From: an uncultured Haloferula sp.
GTDB lineage: Bacteria > Verrucomicrobiota > Verrucomicrobiia > Verrucomicrobiales > Akkermansiaceae
NCBI GenBank assembly: GCA_965652295.1
Contig: CBFGTS010000001.1
Span: 544,001-608,000 of the forward strand
Reading direction: 5' to 3'
DNA: 64,000 nt
Within the stretch, counting starts at the first letter, position 1. Each line of letters begins with the position of its first letter. A program made the position numbers and the translations under genes. Below, one piece after another: positions 35,681 through 45,253 of this stretch. The notes beneath the pieces were generated by a model. That model did not search any database. It saw nothing but the letters and a program-made list of their open reading frames with translations, and had not been told where the DNA came from.

Positions 35681-38113
35681 GTGAAGTCTTTCTGCTGTCG
35701 ATCTGCCGCCTCTCTTCTTCTTTCCCTGTCCTGCCTCGCCGGAGCCGAGCCCGTTTTTCACGACTGGGCCGAGCGCCCGGTGATGGGCTGGAACAGCTGG
35801 GATTTCTACGGCACGACTCTCAATGAGGAACGGACGAAGGCCCAGGCCGACTACATGGCCGAAGAGCTTCTGGAGCACGGATGGAACCTCATCACGGTGG
35901 ACATCCAGTGGTATGAGCCGAACGCGAGCGGCTTCAACTACGACGCCGATGCCACGCTGGTGATGGACGAATGGGGCCGGCTCACGCCAGCCACCAACCG
36001 CTTTCCCTCGGCGTCCGGTGGAGCGGGATTCAAGCCGCTGGCCGACTATGTCCACGCCAAGGGCCTCCGGTTCGGCATCCACATGATGCGCGGCATCCCG
36101 CGTCAGGCGTGGGAGCAGGACCTGCCGGTGAAAGGCACCGCCTACACCGCCCGCGACATCGCCGATACCTCCAGCACCTGTTCCTGGAATCCGGACATGT
36201 ACGGGGTGAACATGAACCACCCGGGCGGGCAGGCCTACTATGATTCCCTGCTGGAGCTGGTCGCGTCGTGGGACGTGGACTTCGTCAAAATCGACGACCT
36301 GAGCCGCCCTTACCATCTCGCGGAGATCGAGGGCATCCGTGAGGCGATCGACAAGACCGGCCGGCCGATCGTGCTCAGCACGTCTCCCGGCGAGACCCCC
36401 GTGAGCGCCGGCCCGCACGTGATGCTCCATGCCAACCAATGGCGGATCAGCGACGACTTCTGGGACAACTGGCCGGCCCTCTACGACCAGTTCCAGCGCC
36501 TCCACGACTGGACGCCCTACCGCGGCCGCGGGCATTTCCCGGACGCCGACATGCTTCCGCTGGGCAAGATCCAGGGAGGCAGCGTGACCTCGGGTGGACG
36601 TAGTACCAACTTCACGGCCAGCGAGCAGTACACCCTGATGAGTTTGTGGGCCATCGCCCGCTCGCCGCTCATCCACGGCGGAGACATGACGCAGATGGAT
36701 TCGTTCACGCTCTCGCTGCTGACGAACGACGAGGTCATCGCGGTCAACCAGGCCAGCACGCACAACCGCCAGCTCTTCCGCAACGGCGACAAGGTGGCGT
36801 GGGTCGCCGACGTTGAGGGTTCGGCGGACAAATACCTCGGCGTCTTCAACACGGGCGGCTCCGGCACGACCGTCGCGGTGGACCTCTCCGCGCTCGGTTT
36901 CACCGGCGAGGTGGAGGTCCGGTCTCTGTGGGAAACGAGCGATCTCGGCAGCGTGACCGGCAGCTTCGAGCCCACGGTGGCGTCGCATGAGGGTCGCTTG
37001 TTCCGCCTTTCCGGGCCCGGACTGCCCACGCCGTGGCTGGCTTCCGCCACCGGGTCGGATGGGGAAGTCACTCTTGCCTGGGAGGAACTTGCGGAAGCGT
37101 CGGCATACCATCTCAAGCGCGGCCTCTCGGAAACCGGGCCCTTCGAGCTGATCGCCGCAGATCTCACGGAAACGACCTTCGCTGATACCTCGGTGACCAA
37201 CGGCACGACCTATTATTACGCCGTCTCCGCCACCGTCTCGGGTCAGGAGACACCGGACTCCGGAGCCCTGCCGGCTCTGCCCGTCGGTGAGGCGGGCATC
37301 ATCGGCTGGAACTACGACCGCTATGGTACCTTGGGCGGAGACCGGGTGGCCGGCGTGGTGCCGGCCGCGAACTGGAACAACTCGTGGCCGGACAATCCGC
37401 TCACCAACCTGAGCGATGCCTCCGGCACCGTGACCTCACTGGATATCAGCTACGCTTCCTTCAACGATTACTCGGTGAACGGCGGCGGAGGTCCGAACCC
37501 CGGTCAGGATGCGGACGGAAGCTACAACCGCGAGTTGCTCAATGGCTACCTCAACGCCGGGCCTGCGGCGTGGGGGCCGACGGTCACCCGCACCTCCGTG
37601 ACGCTCTCGGAAATCCCCCACGGTTATTACGACCTCATTGTCTATTTTTCCGCCGATGTGGCAGATCGCGAGGGTCAGGTGGGCGATGGCACCACCACCT
37701 ACTATTTCCGGACCATCGGTCCCCCGAGTGTTTCCGGGACCGACGCCGTTCTGGTGGAAACGACGCAGACCAGCCCCGACAGCTACCCGGCCGCGAACTA
37801 CGCCATCTTCACCAACCTCAGCGGAGTCTCACGGACGGTCTCCGTGCAGATGCGCGACAATGACGAGTGGGGCGGGATCGCCGGCATCCAGCTCGTGCCG
37901 AAGACCGATCCGCTGCTCAGCACCCGCCTTGAGATCGATGCTGTAGGCGGGGATCCCGCTTGGCTGTCGTGGCCCGAAGGGCTGGGCGACGTCCTGTTGG
38001 AGGAAAGCACCGATCTCGTCGAGTGGACCCCTTTCGACCCCCAGCCCGAGGCACCGCCGATGGAGATCCCCACTGATGGCGGTGCCCGGTTTTTCCGACT
38101 CACCCGCCCCTGA
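35681..38113 (+). CDS. Secreted GH27 + FN3 + shared domain A + C-terminal FFRL domain
   Basis: GH27 motifs (GWNSWD, VDIQW, FVKIDD, WRISDDFWD); FN3 (VTLAW...NGTTYYYAVSA); domain IIGWNYDRYG...QMRDNDEWGGIAGIQ; tail ESTDLVEW...ARFFRL. Confidence 0.88.
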   Translation: MKSFCCRSAASLLLSLSCLAGAEPVFHDWAERPVMGWNSWDFYGTTLNEERTKAQADYMAEELLEHGWNLITVDIQWYEPNASGFNYDADATLVMDEWGRLTPATNRFPSASGGAGFKPLADYVHAKGLRFGIHMMRGIPRQAWEQDLPVKGTAYTARDIADTSSTCSWNPDMYGVNMNHPGGQAYYDSLLELVASWDVDFVKIDDLSRPYHLAEIEGIREAIDKTGRPIVLSTSPGETPVSAGPHVMLHANQWRISDDFWDNWPALYDQFQRLHDWTPYRGRGHFPDADMLPLGKIQGGSVTSGGRSTNFTASEQYTLMSLWAIARSPLIHGGDMTQMDSFTLSLLTNDEVIAVNQASTHNRQLFRNGDKVAWVADVEGSADKYLGVFNTGGSGTTVAVDLSALGFTGEVEVRSLWETSDLGSVTGSFEPTVASHEGRLFRLSGPGLPTPWLASATGSDGEVTLAWEELAEASAYHLKRGLSETGPFELIAADLTETTFADTSVTNGTTYYYAVSATVSGQETPDSGALPALPVGEAGIIGWNYDRYGTLGGDRVAGVVPAANWNNSWPDNPLTNLSDASGTVTSLDISYASFNDYSVNGGGGPNPGQDADGSYNRELLNGYLNAGPAAWGPTVTRTSVTLSEIPHGYYDLIVYFSADVADREGQVGDGTTTYYFRTIGPPSVSGTDAVLVETTQTSPDSYPAANYAIFTNLSGVSRTVSVQMRDNDEWGGIAGIQLVPKTDPLLSTRLEIDAVGGDPAWLSWPEGLGDVLLEESTDLVEWTPFDPQPEAPPMEIPTDGGARFFRLTRP

Positions 38114-38143
38114 ACAAAGAAACACAACCAACCCCGACTACCC

Positions 38144-38887
38144 ATGAAACCCCCGATGAAAACCCTGCTTCCCTGCCTTGTGCTGGGAGCCGTGACCACC
38201 GCGTCCGCCGCCACCGTTAGCTGGAACTACGACCGTTTCGGTACCGTGAGCGGCGCCCGCGTCGCCGGCGTCGAGCCGGTGGCGAACTGGAACAATACGT
38301 GGCCCGACGACCCGCTTACCGACCTGATCGATGACTCGGGATCCGCCACCACGATCGACATCAGCTACAGCTCCTTCAACACCTACTCGGTGAACGGAAA
38401 CACCGGGCCCAACCCCGGGCAGGACGCCGATGGCACCTACAACCGGGAGTTGGTCAACGGCTACCTCAATGCCGGCCCGGCGGGCTGGAATCCACCCACC
38501 ACCGAAAGCTCGGTGGGCATCAGCCAGATCCCGTATGCCAGCTACAACATCATCGTCTATTTCTCCGCCGACGTGGCGGGTCGCGAGGGCGATGTGACCG
38601 ATGGGAGCACGGTCTTCTCGTTCAACACCGTGGGCCCCGCCAGCGTGAGCGGCAGCAATGCGGTGCTCGCCCAGACGACCGACACCGGCGGCACCTACAC
38701 CACCGCGGCGAACTACGCCATTTTCACGGGCCTCAGCGGAGCCTCGCAGACGCTCACCGTGCAAATGCGCGATAACGACGAATGGGGTGGCATCGCCGGC
38801 TTTCAGGTCGTGCAGGTGCCCGAGCCGTCCTCCATCGCATTCGGAGTCTTCGGTGTCGCGCTCCTCCTGCGCCGTCGCCGCATCTGA
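38144..38887 (+). CDS. PEP-CTERM protein consisting only of shared domain A
   Basis: Signal peptide, VSWNYDRFG...QMRDNDEWGGIAGFQ, then VPEPSSIAFGVFGVALLLRRRRI. Confidence 0.92.
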   Translation: MKPPMKTLLPCLVLGAVTTASAATVSWNYDRFGTVSGARVAGVEPVANWNNTWPDDPLTDLIDDSGSATTIDISYSSFNTYSVNGNTGPNPGQDADGTYNRELVNGYLNAGPAGWNPPTTESSVGISQIPYASYNIIVYFSADVAGREGDVTDGSTVFSFNTVGPASVSGSNAVLAQTTDTGGTYTTAANYAIFTGLSGASQTLTVQMRDNDEWGGIAGFQVVQVPEPSSIAFGVFGVALLLRRRRI

Positions 38888-38899
38888 TGCGCCATTCCT

Positions 38900-38933
38900 G
38901 ATCCGCGGTGCCCGGCTTGAGGCACCGCGGATC
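38900..38933 (+). terminator. Strong stem-loop after the PEP-CTERM gene
   Basis: GATCCGCGGTGCC-N8-GGCACCGCGGATC, perfect 13-bp stem followed by ttcctttt. Confidence 0.65.
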
Positions 38934-38965
38934 TTCCTTTTCAAAACCCATCCTGCCTTTTCCTC

Positions 38966-41356
38966 ATGAAAACCCTGCCTTCTCTCTGCCTCGGTGCGCT
39001 TCTGTTGGCGGAGGCCCACGCCGATGTGATCAGCTGGAACTACGACCGTTATGGTACGGTGTCCGCGGAGCGTGTCGCCGGAATCGAGCCGGTGGCGAAC
39101 TGGAACAACTCGTGGCCCTCCGATCCGCGCACCGACCTGATCGATGACGAAGGAAATCCCACCACCCTCGATATCGCCTACACCTCGTTCAACAACTACT
39201 CGGTGAACGGGAACACCGGACCGAATCCCGGTCAGGATGCCGACGGCACCTACAACCGTGAGCTGCTCAACGGCTATCTTAACGCCGGACCTGCGGCCTG
39301 GAATCCGCCCACCACCAGCACGTCCGTCACCCTTTCCCAGATCCCCTATGCAAACTACGATGTCATCGTCTATTTCTCGGCCGATGTGGCGGGCCGCGAA
39401 GGCGATGTGACCGATGGTGTCACCACCTATTCATTCAACACCATCGGGCTCCCGAGTGTCAGCGGAACGAACGCGGTGTTGACGCCTACCACGGACACCG
39501 AGGGCACCTATACCACCGCGGCGAACTACGCCCGCTTCTCCGGTTTGAGCGGTGCCACCCAGACGATCACCGTGCAGATGCGCGACAACGACGAGTGGGG
39601 AGGCATCGCCGGCTTTCAGATCGTCGCGAACCTGGGCGTCCTGCCGGAATTCGGCTCCCAGCCGGAAGACACCTCGGCTGCGGTGGATGGCACGGCGGAG
39701 TTCTCCGCAGGGGTCGCGGCCGATCCGGCTCCGACGTTCCAGTGGGAGTTTTCCGCCGACGGGGTGAATGACTGGGAGGAACTTCCGGGGGAAACCTTCA
39801 CCACGCTCGAACTGTTCGCCGTGCAATTCTCCGATGAAGGTTTCTATCGCCTCATCGCCACCAATGACAACGGCTCCGTGGCGAGCGATCCGGCTCATCT
39901 GGATGTCTTCTACGCCACCCCGGAATTCTTCGAACAACCTGCCAACACCTACGCGGTGGAGGGCTCGACCGTGGAGCTGACGGCGGACGCCTTCACCTAT
40001 GGAAACCCCGGCTACCAATGGTACAAGGACGGCGAGATCCTGCCGGGCGAAACCAGCGCGACGCTCACGCTCGTCGGTGTGGGGGCGGACGACGAGGGCG
40101 AGTATTTCCTGCGGGTCACCGACGACGTTGAACCGGATTTGTTCGGTGACTCGGACACCGTCAATGTCTTCACCTATCAAGCGTGGGACGGGCTGGTCAG
40201 CCATGACCCCTTCGATACCTCAGCCGGATATGTCCTCGGCGAGCTGCCGCTTCAGGAGCCCGCCATCGCCGGCTACGACGGGCCGTGGACGGATGTGGAC
40301 TTCGGCGATGCCGAGCCGCAAGTGATGGAAAGCTCCTTGGTTTACCCCGATCCTCTCTATCTCGGCTCCAGCGGCGATCGCGTCGGAAAATCCGCCGATG
40401 TCGAAGGGATCGCCGTTTCCACCAGCGGGCGTGTTTATCGCAAGCTCGCCCCGGAGCTGGTGGTGGCGGAGAATACCTCGGGAGTTCGTTACCTGAGCTG
40501 GCTTTATCGCCATGGAAACGAGGGAACTGCGGATGCGCCGACCGTGCACTCCGTGCTCTCGCTCTATCAGGATACCGGCGGGGTTGCTCCTGCGGGCGAT
40601 GCCGCGCTGCGCACGTTCGAGGCCGGTATTTCCGACGCGGACTTTGGCACCACGAACTTCGCCTTCCGCTACAACGATTCGCAGGTCGGTGATCTCGGTG
40701 TGCCGGTGGATTCGGACGTCCACCTCTTCGTGGTAAAACTTGATCTCAGTGATGAATTCGCGGCCGACACGGTCACGGTGTGGCTCGATCCCCAGCTTGG
40801 TGGCGAAGGCGATCCGGCGGGGGGCGTCTCGCTGGAGTTCCTGGACGTTGCCTTTGATTCACTCGCGTTCTCCGACTATGCCAGCAACTCGATGGCATGG
40901 GATGAGGTGCGCTGGGGCAGCACCTTCGACAGCGTCACGCTCAACCCGAATCCACCGGACAACTTCGCCGCCTGGATCCAGTCCTATCCCGGAGTGGGTG
41001 AGATGGATGGTTTCGACGAAGACCCGGATGGCGACGGGCTGGAGAACGGCGTGGAGAACTACTTCGGAACCCACCCCGGTGAGCCGAACGCGGGTGTGAC
41101 CGAAGTCGCGAGAAGCGGTAACACCGTGACCTTCCAGCATCCTCTCAATGCCATTCCAGCGAGCGATGTGACCGCTGCCTACGAGTGGTCGCTCGATCTC
41201 GCGGCATGGCATGCCGATGGCGCTGCGGCCGGCGGCGCGACGGTGGATTTCGAGGTCGTTCAGGGGAGTGGGATCGCGACGGTGACGGCGACGATTTCCG
41301 GCACCGTCCCCTCGAAGCTGTTCACCCGGGTGGCGGTCGCTCAGGCCGGACCCTGA
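38966..41356 (+). CDS. Secreted protein: shared domain A + two Ig-like domains + further beta-rich domain + C-terminal domain
   Basis: Signal peptide; ISWNYDRYG...DEWGGIAGFQ; Ig motifs PTFQW...DEGFYRL and YQWYKDG...DEGEYFL; DPDGDG; tail WSLDLAAW...KLFTRV. Confidence 0.85.
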   Translation: MKTLPSLCLGALLLAEAHADVISWNYDRYGTVSAERVAGIEPVANWNNSWPSDPRTDLIDDEGNPTTLDIAYTSFNNYSVNGNTGPNPGQDADGTYNRELLNGYLNAGPAAWNPPTTSTSVTLSQIPYANYDVIVYFSADVAGREGDVTDGVTTYSFNTIGLPSVSGTNAVLTPTTDTEGTYTTAANYARFSGLSGATQTITVQMRDNDEWGGIAGFQIVANLGVLPEFGSQPEDTSAAVDGTAEFSAGVAADPAPTFQWEFSADGVNDWEELPGETFTTLELFAVQFSDEGFYRLIATNDNGSVASDPAHLDVFYATPEFFEQPANTYAVEGSTVELTADAFTYGNPGYQWYKDGEILPGETSATLTLVGVGADDEGEYFLRVTDDVEPDLFGDSDTVNVFTYQAWDGLVSHDPFDTSAGYVLGELPLQEPAIAGYDGPWTDVDFGDAEPQVMESSLVYPDPLYLGSSGDRVGKSADVEGIAVSTSGRVYRKLAPELVVAENTSGVRYLSWLYRHGNEGTADAPTVHSVLSLYQDTGGVAPAGDAALRTFEAGISDADFGTTNFAFRYNDSQVGDLGVPVDSDVHLFVVKLDLSDEFAADTVTVWLDPQLGGEGDPAGGVSLEFLDVAFDSLAFSDYASNSMAWDEVRWGSTFDSVTLNPNPPDNFAAWIQSYPGVGEMDGFDEDPDGDGLENGVENYFGTHPGEPNAGVTEVARSGNTVTFQHPLNAIPASDVTAAYEWSLDLAAWHADGAAAGGATVDFEVVQGSGIATVTATISGTVPSKLFTRVAVAQAGP

Positions 41357-41373
41357 GGGTTGCCTCCCAGGTC

Positions 41374-41415
41374 GTTTTCCCCACGAGGTTCAGGGTTTGT
41401 CCTCGTGGGGGAAAC
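41374..41415 (+). terminator. Stem-loop closing cassette 1
   Basis: GTTTTCCCCACGAGG-N12-CCTCGTGGGGGAAAC inverted repeat just after the stop at 41356. Confidence 0.55.
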
Positions 41416-41453
41416 AACGGCCGGAATGAAGCTGTTCTTCCGCCAGCGGGAGA

Positions 41454-41480
41454 TGTCGGCTTTCCGGGCGGGATCTCGTT
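41454..41480 (+). promoter_or_regulatory. Putative autoregulatory ECF promoter TGTCGG-N17-CGTT
   Basis: tgtcggctttccgggcgggatctcgtt upstream of the second sigma; closely resembles 44364-44390. Confidence 0.55.
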
Positions 41481-41548
41481 GATGATGCAACCGGGTCGGT
41501 GGTCGCGACCACTCTCCCATCGACAGGCTTCATCTTCGATCCTAGGCT

Positions 41549-42145
41549 GTGAAAAACCCGATTTTGAGCAAACTCACGCGCATTCTGGAATCGGCCGGCG
41601 GACGCGCCCGGCCTCTTTCGGCGGAGCTGCTGCCGTTGGTTTATGACGAACTGCGGAACGTCGCCCGCGAGCGGATGTCGGCAATGGCCCCCGGCCAGAC
41701 CCTGCAACCGACCGCGCTGGTTCATGAGGCCTGGCTGAAGCTGTCCAGCGACGACGCGCGCTCGTGGAACGACCGCACTCATTTCTTTCGCGCTGCGGCC
41801 CAGGCGATGCGCCAGATCCTGGTGGACCGGGCGCGGGCGAAGGCCACCCACAAGCGCGTGGTGAACCCGGAGGTTTTCGAAATGCAGCAATTCGACCTCG
41901 CCGACGCGACGCTGGACGAGCGCGTGCTGCTGGTGGACGAGATGATGACCCGGCTGGAACTGGACGAGCCGGACAGCGTGCGACTGATCACGCTGAAATT
42001 TTTCGGCGGCCTGACCAACCGGGAGATCGCGGCGATGGACGGCGTGACCGAGCGCACGGTGGAGCGCCACTGGTCCTATGCCAAGGCGCTGCTCTATCAG
42101 ATGATCCGCGAGGAAACGGGACATGAAACAGCTGCCGTCGATTAA
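41549..42145 (+). CDS. ECF sigma factor, kinase-associated PVC type (paralog 2)
   Basis: LLPLVYDELR, QTLQPTALVHEAWL, WNDRTHFF and LKFFGGLT. Confidence 0.9.
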   Translation: MKNPILSKLTRILESAGGRARPLSAELLPLVYDELRNVARERMSAMAPGQTLQPTALVHEAWLKLSSDDARSWNDRTHFFRAAAQAMRQILVDRARAKATHKRVVNPEVFEMQQFDLADATLDERVLLVDEMMTRLELDEPDSVRLITLKFFGGLTNREIAAMDGVTERTVERHWSYAKALLYQMIREETGHETAAVD

Positions 42146-44318
42146 TCGCCTGCTGTTTATCGCCGCGTCGGGGTTTTCCTCCGCTGAGGAAAGGCGGATC
42201 TTTCTGGAGTACGCCTGCCGTGGCGACGAGGCGCGGCTGAAGCGGTTGATGGCGTTGCTCAAGGCTCGGGGCGAGGCGGAGGACTTTTTCGAATTCCAGC
42301 CGGAGGTGGAGCCGGTGCCGGAAACGTCGGGAGACGGGGATGGCGGACTGGGTGCGCGGATCGGGCCTTACCGGCTGATCGACCGTCTCGGCGCGGGCGG
42401 TTGCGGCGTGGTTTACCTGGCGGAGCAGCAGGAGCCGGTGAAGCGGAAGGTGGCGCTGAAGATCATCCGCCTGGGAATGGACACGGAGAGTGTGATCGCG
42501 CGTTTCGCCATGGAGCGCGAGGCGCTGGCGCTCATGGACCACCCGAACATCGCGCGGGTGCTGGACGCCGGCACCACATCGTCGGGGCGGCCGTTTTTCG
42601 TGATGGAGCTGGTGGATGGCGAGCGGATCACGGATTTCTGCGACCGCAAGCGGCTCGGCCTGCGCGAGCGCCTGCTGCTCTTCGTGCAGGTGTGCGAGGC
42701 CATCCAACACGCGCACCAGAAGGGCGTGGTCCACCGGGACATCAAGCCGTCGAACATCCTGGTGCGCGACCACGATGGCCGCGCGGTTCCAAAGGTGATC
42801 GATTTCGGCATCGCCAAGGCAACGGCCGGCGGGTTCGACGGCGAGGCGACGTTCACGCGCCTGGGGCAGCTCGTCGGTACGCCGTCGTACATGAGCCCGG
42901 AACAGGCGGAAGGTAGTCAGGATATCGACACGCGCAGCGACATCTACAGTCTTGGCGCGTTGCTGTGCGAGCTGCTGACCGGGCGGCCGCCGTTCAGCCC
43001 GGAGCAGTTCAAAGACCGTGGGATCGATGAGATCCGCGCCATCCTGCGTGAGGAGGAGGCGGGTGTGCCGTCGAAACGCTTGCGCGGCAATTCCCCGGAC
43101 GAAATCCGCAGGATCGCCGGGCACCGCGCAGCCGATCCGAGAAAGCTGCCCGGGCAACTCGCGGGTGATCTCGACTGGATCGTGATGAAGGCCATCGAGA
43201 AGGACCGCCAACGCCGCTACGGGACGGCCAACGCGCTGGCGATGGACGTGCGGCGCTGCCTGAACGAGGAACAAGTGTTGGCACGCCCGCCGAGCCGCGG
43301 CTACCTGCTGGCGAAGCTTTTCCGACGCAACCGGATCGCCTTCATCGCGGGCGGAGTGGCCATGTTCGGCTTGCTCGGCGGCTTCGGAGTTTCGACCTGG
43401 TTGTTCCTGCGGGAAAGGGAAGCCCATGAGGAGCAGGCGCGGTTGCGGGTGGAGGCGGAGAAGGCGCGGGCGGTGGAGATCCGCTTGCGCGAGAAGGCCG
43501 AGGCAGCCGACCTGGTGACGCAGGCGGCGGTGCTGGTGCGTTACCGCGAACTGGAACAAGCCGATGCGCTGCTGGCTGGGCTTTCACCCAGGCAGGTGCC
43601 GCTTTCGCTGGAGGCTGCCGACACCTTGAAGGCGGTGGCCGACTGGAATCTGACCCAGGCCCGATGGAAGGCCGCCGCGGAGCGCTTCAGCGCATTGGTG
43701 CCGGTGATCACCAGCGTGGACATGACCGATACCGACCGGATGTCGTTCATCCTGATGCCCGCCGCCACTGCCATCAAGGAGTGGGGCGAACCGCGGCAAT
43801 ACGGTCGGCTTCGTGAACTGGCGATCCAGCGGTTTGGAGATTCCTCGAATGATGCCGTCGCTTCGCAGGCGATCAAATCCGTCCTGCTGGAGCCGGCCGA
43901 CGAAGCGACGCTGCGGGCGCTGCCGCCATTGGCGGAGGTGCTTGAGGAGGGGCTGAAGCGGCCTGAGATGGTGAAAGATCGCTATATTTCGGCGTGGCGG
44001 CAGTTCTCGCTCGCGCTGCTGGCCTACCGGCAGGGTCGCCTCGACACCACGGAATACTGGATTCGCCGTAGTTCGACGTCGCCGGTCGGCACCGGCTCGC
44101 TCACGGCATCCAACCGGATCCTGCTTGCGATGGCCGACCTTCAGAAAGGTCGGATTGACGACGCCCGGGCCGCTCTGACCGAGGCGCGCCGGGCCGTGGA
44201 GCGCTGGGAAAGCGAATCCTTTCAGCTCGGTTCCACGGTGGATCTTTGGTTCGACTGGGGCAATGCGCGGATTCTGCTGAAAGAGGCGGAACAGATGCTG
44301 GCCCGGCCGAGTGAGTAG
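42123..44318 (+). CDS. Hanks-type Ser/Thr protein kinase (paralog 2)
   Basis: LGAGGCGVV, VHRDIKPSN, DFG, GTPSYMSPEQ and a TM helix; same length (731 aa) and layout as 31465-33660. Confidence 0.93.
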   Translation: MKQLPSINRLLFIAASGFSSAEERRIFLEYACRGDEARLKRLMALLKARGEAEDFFEFQPEVEPVPETSGDGDGGLGARIGPYRLIDRLGAGGCGVVYLAEQQEPVKRKVALKIIRLGMDTESVIARFAMEREALALMDHPNIARVLDAGTTSSGRPFFVMELVDGERITDFCDRKRLGLRERLLLFVQVCEAIQHAHQKGVVHRDIKPSNILVRDHDGRAVPKVIDFGIAKATAGGFDGEATFTRLGQLVGTPSYMSPEQAEGSQDIDTRSDIYSLGALLCELLTGRPPFSPEQFKDRGIDEIRAILREEEAGVPSKRLRGNSPDEIRRIAGHRAADPRKLPGQLAGDLDWIVMKAIEKDRQRRYGTANALAMDVRRCLNEEQVLARPPSRGYLLAKLFRRNRIAFIAGGVAMFGLLGGFGVSTWLFLREREAHEEQARLRVEAEKARAVEIRLREKAEAADLVTQAAVLVRYRELEQADALLAGLSPRQVPLSLEAADTLKAVADWNLTQARWKAAAERFSALVPVITSVDMTDTDRMSFILMPAATAIKEWGEPRQYGRLRELAIQRFGDSSNDAVASQAIKSVLLEPADEATLRALPPLAEVLEEGLKRPEMVKDRYISAWRQFSLALLAYRQGRLDTTEYWIRRSSTSPVGTGSLTASNRILLAMADLQKGRIDDARAALTEARRAVERWESESFQLGSTVDLWFDWGNARILLKEAEQMLARPSE

Positions 44319-44363
44319 CGGCGGGCATTATTTTCGGAAGCGGTGGAAAAAACGCGCCTCCCG

Positions 44364-44390
44364 TGTCGGGATTTCCGGCGGCTTCTCGTT
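44364..44390 (+). promoter_or_regulatory. Putative ECF promoter TGTCGG-N17-CGTT
   Basis: tgtcgggatttccggcggcttctcgtt between kinase 2 and its cargo genes. Confidence 0.6.
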
Positions 44391-44462
44391 CTTTCCGTGA
44401 ATCCTCCATTCTGCCCCAGCACTTGCCGGGGGGGCTTGGGGGGTTCCGAAAGCCCCATATCC

Positions 44463-45230
44463 ATGAAAAAGAATCCTACCTACCTATTGTTGCCCCTGGC
44501 GTTGAGCCTCGTCGGCACCTCCCAAGCCAGTTTCGTCCTGATTGACGACTTTGAAAGCTACGCCGACGGCGTGAATGGCACCACCACGACCCCGGCTTGG
44601 AATCAAGGATTTCCCGCCGGAGGATCCAATAGCGCTACCACCGTGGTGGGTGCTGATACCGGCAGCGGCCAAGCCCTTCACTACGCCCATGGTGGCAGTG
44701 GCGGGCAGATCAATTACTCCTCCGTGGGAACGATCGCGGCGGAAGGCTCCACCGGGACCATCTTCTTCCAATCCTACCTGGATGCCACCGGTTCCGACAC
44801 GCTGTTCGCATTCGGGCGATCGGGGCTGGGCGCCTACGGAGATCTGGCGACGCTTGTGCGGGTGCCAAGCGACCTCATTGTCGAGGTGCACAACGGAGGA
44901 TACGCCAATACCTCGACCACGATCGCGGCGGACACGCTCTATAACTTCTGGGTGGTGATCGACAATTCAGCCAACACCTCCTCGCTGTATTATTCGGCGG
45001 GCGGCCCCGGTGAAACCCCCACCCTGATTCAATCCGGGTTCGTCTTCCGGAACACCACCTCCGGGGACATCAATACCTTTTATCTGGGTACCAACTCGGG
45101 ATCAGTAGGTTTCCTCGACAACATCTACGTCGATTCCACCGGCGCGAATCTCACGAACCCGGTCCCCGAGCCTTCCATCGCCCTGCTCGGTGGTCTCGGC
45201 GTGCTTGGATTGATCCGTCGGCGTCGCTGA
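44463..45230 (+). CDS. PEP-CTERM protein consisting only of shared domain B
   Basis: Start moved to ATG 44463 (MKKNPTYLLLP signal); FVLIDDFESY...FLDNIYVD...NLTNP, then VPEPSIALLGGLGVLGLIRRRR. Confidence 0.92.
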   Translation: MKKNPTYLLLPLALSLVGTSQASFVLIDDFESYADGVNGTTTTPAWNQGFPAGGSNSATTVVGADTGSGQALHYAHGGSGGQINYSSVGTIAAEGSTGTIFFQSYLDATGSDTLFAFGRSGLGAYGDLATLVRVPSDLIVEVHNGGYANTSTTIAADTLYNFWVVIDNSANTSSLYYSAGGPGETPTLIQSGFVFRNTTSGDINTFYLGTNSGSVGFLDNIYVDSTGANLTNPVPEPSIALLGGLGVLGLIRRRR

Positions 45231-45253
45231 AGAGATCAGCCCGAACTTCATCC

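Noticed and set aside
37298..39626. Domain A copies considered as a diversity-generating retroelement template/variable pair
   Set aside because: All copies are within intact ORFs, the differences do not look adenine-specific, and no reverse transcriptase is present in the window.
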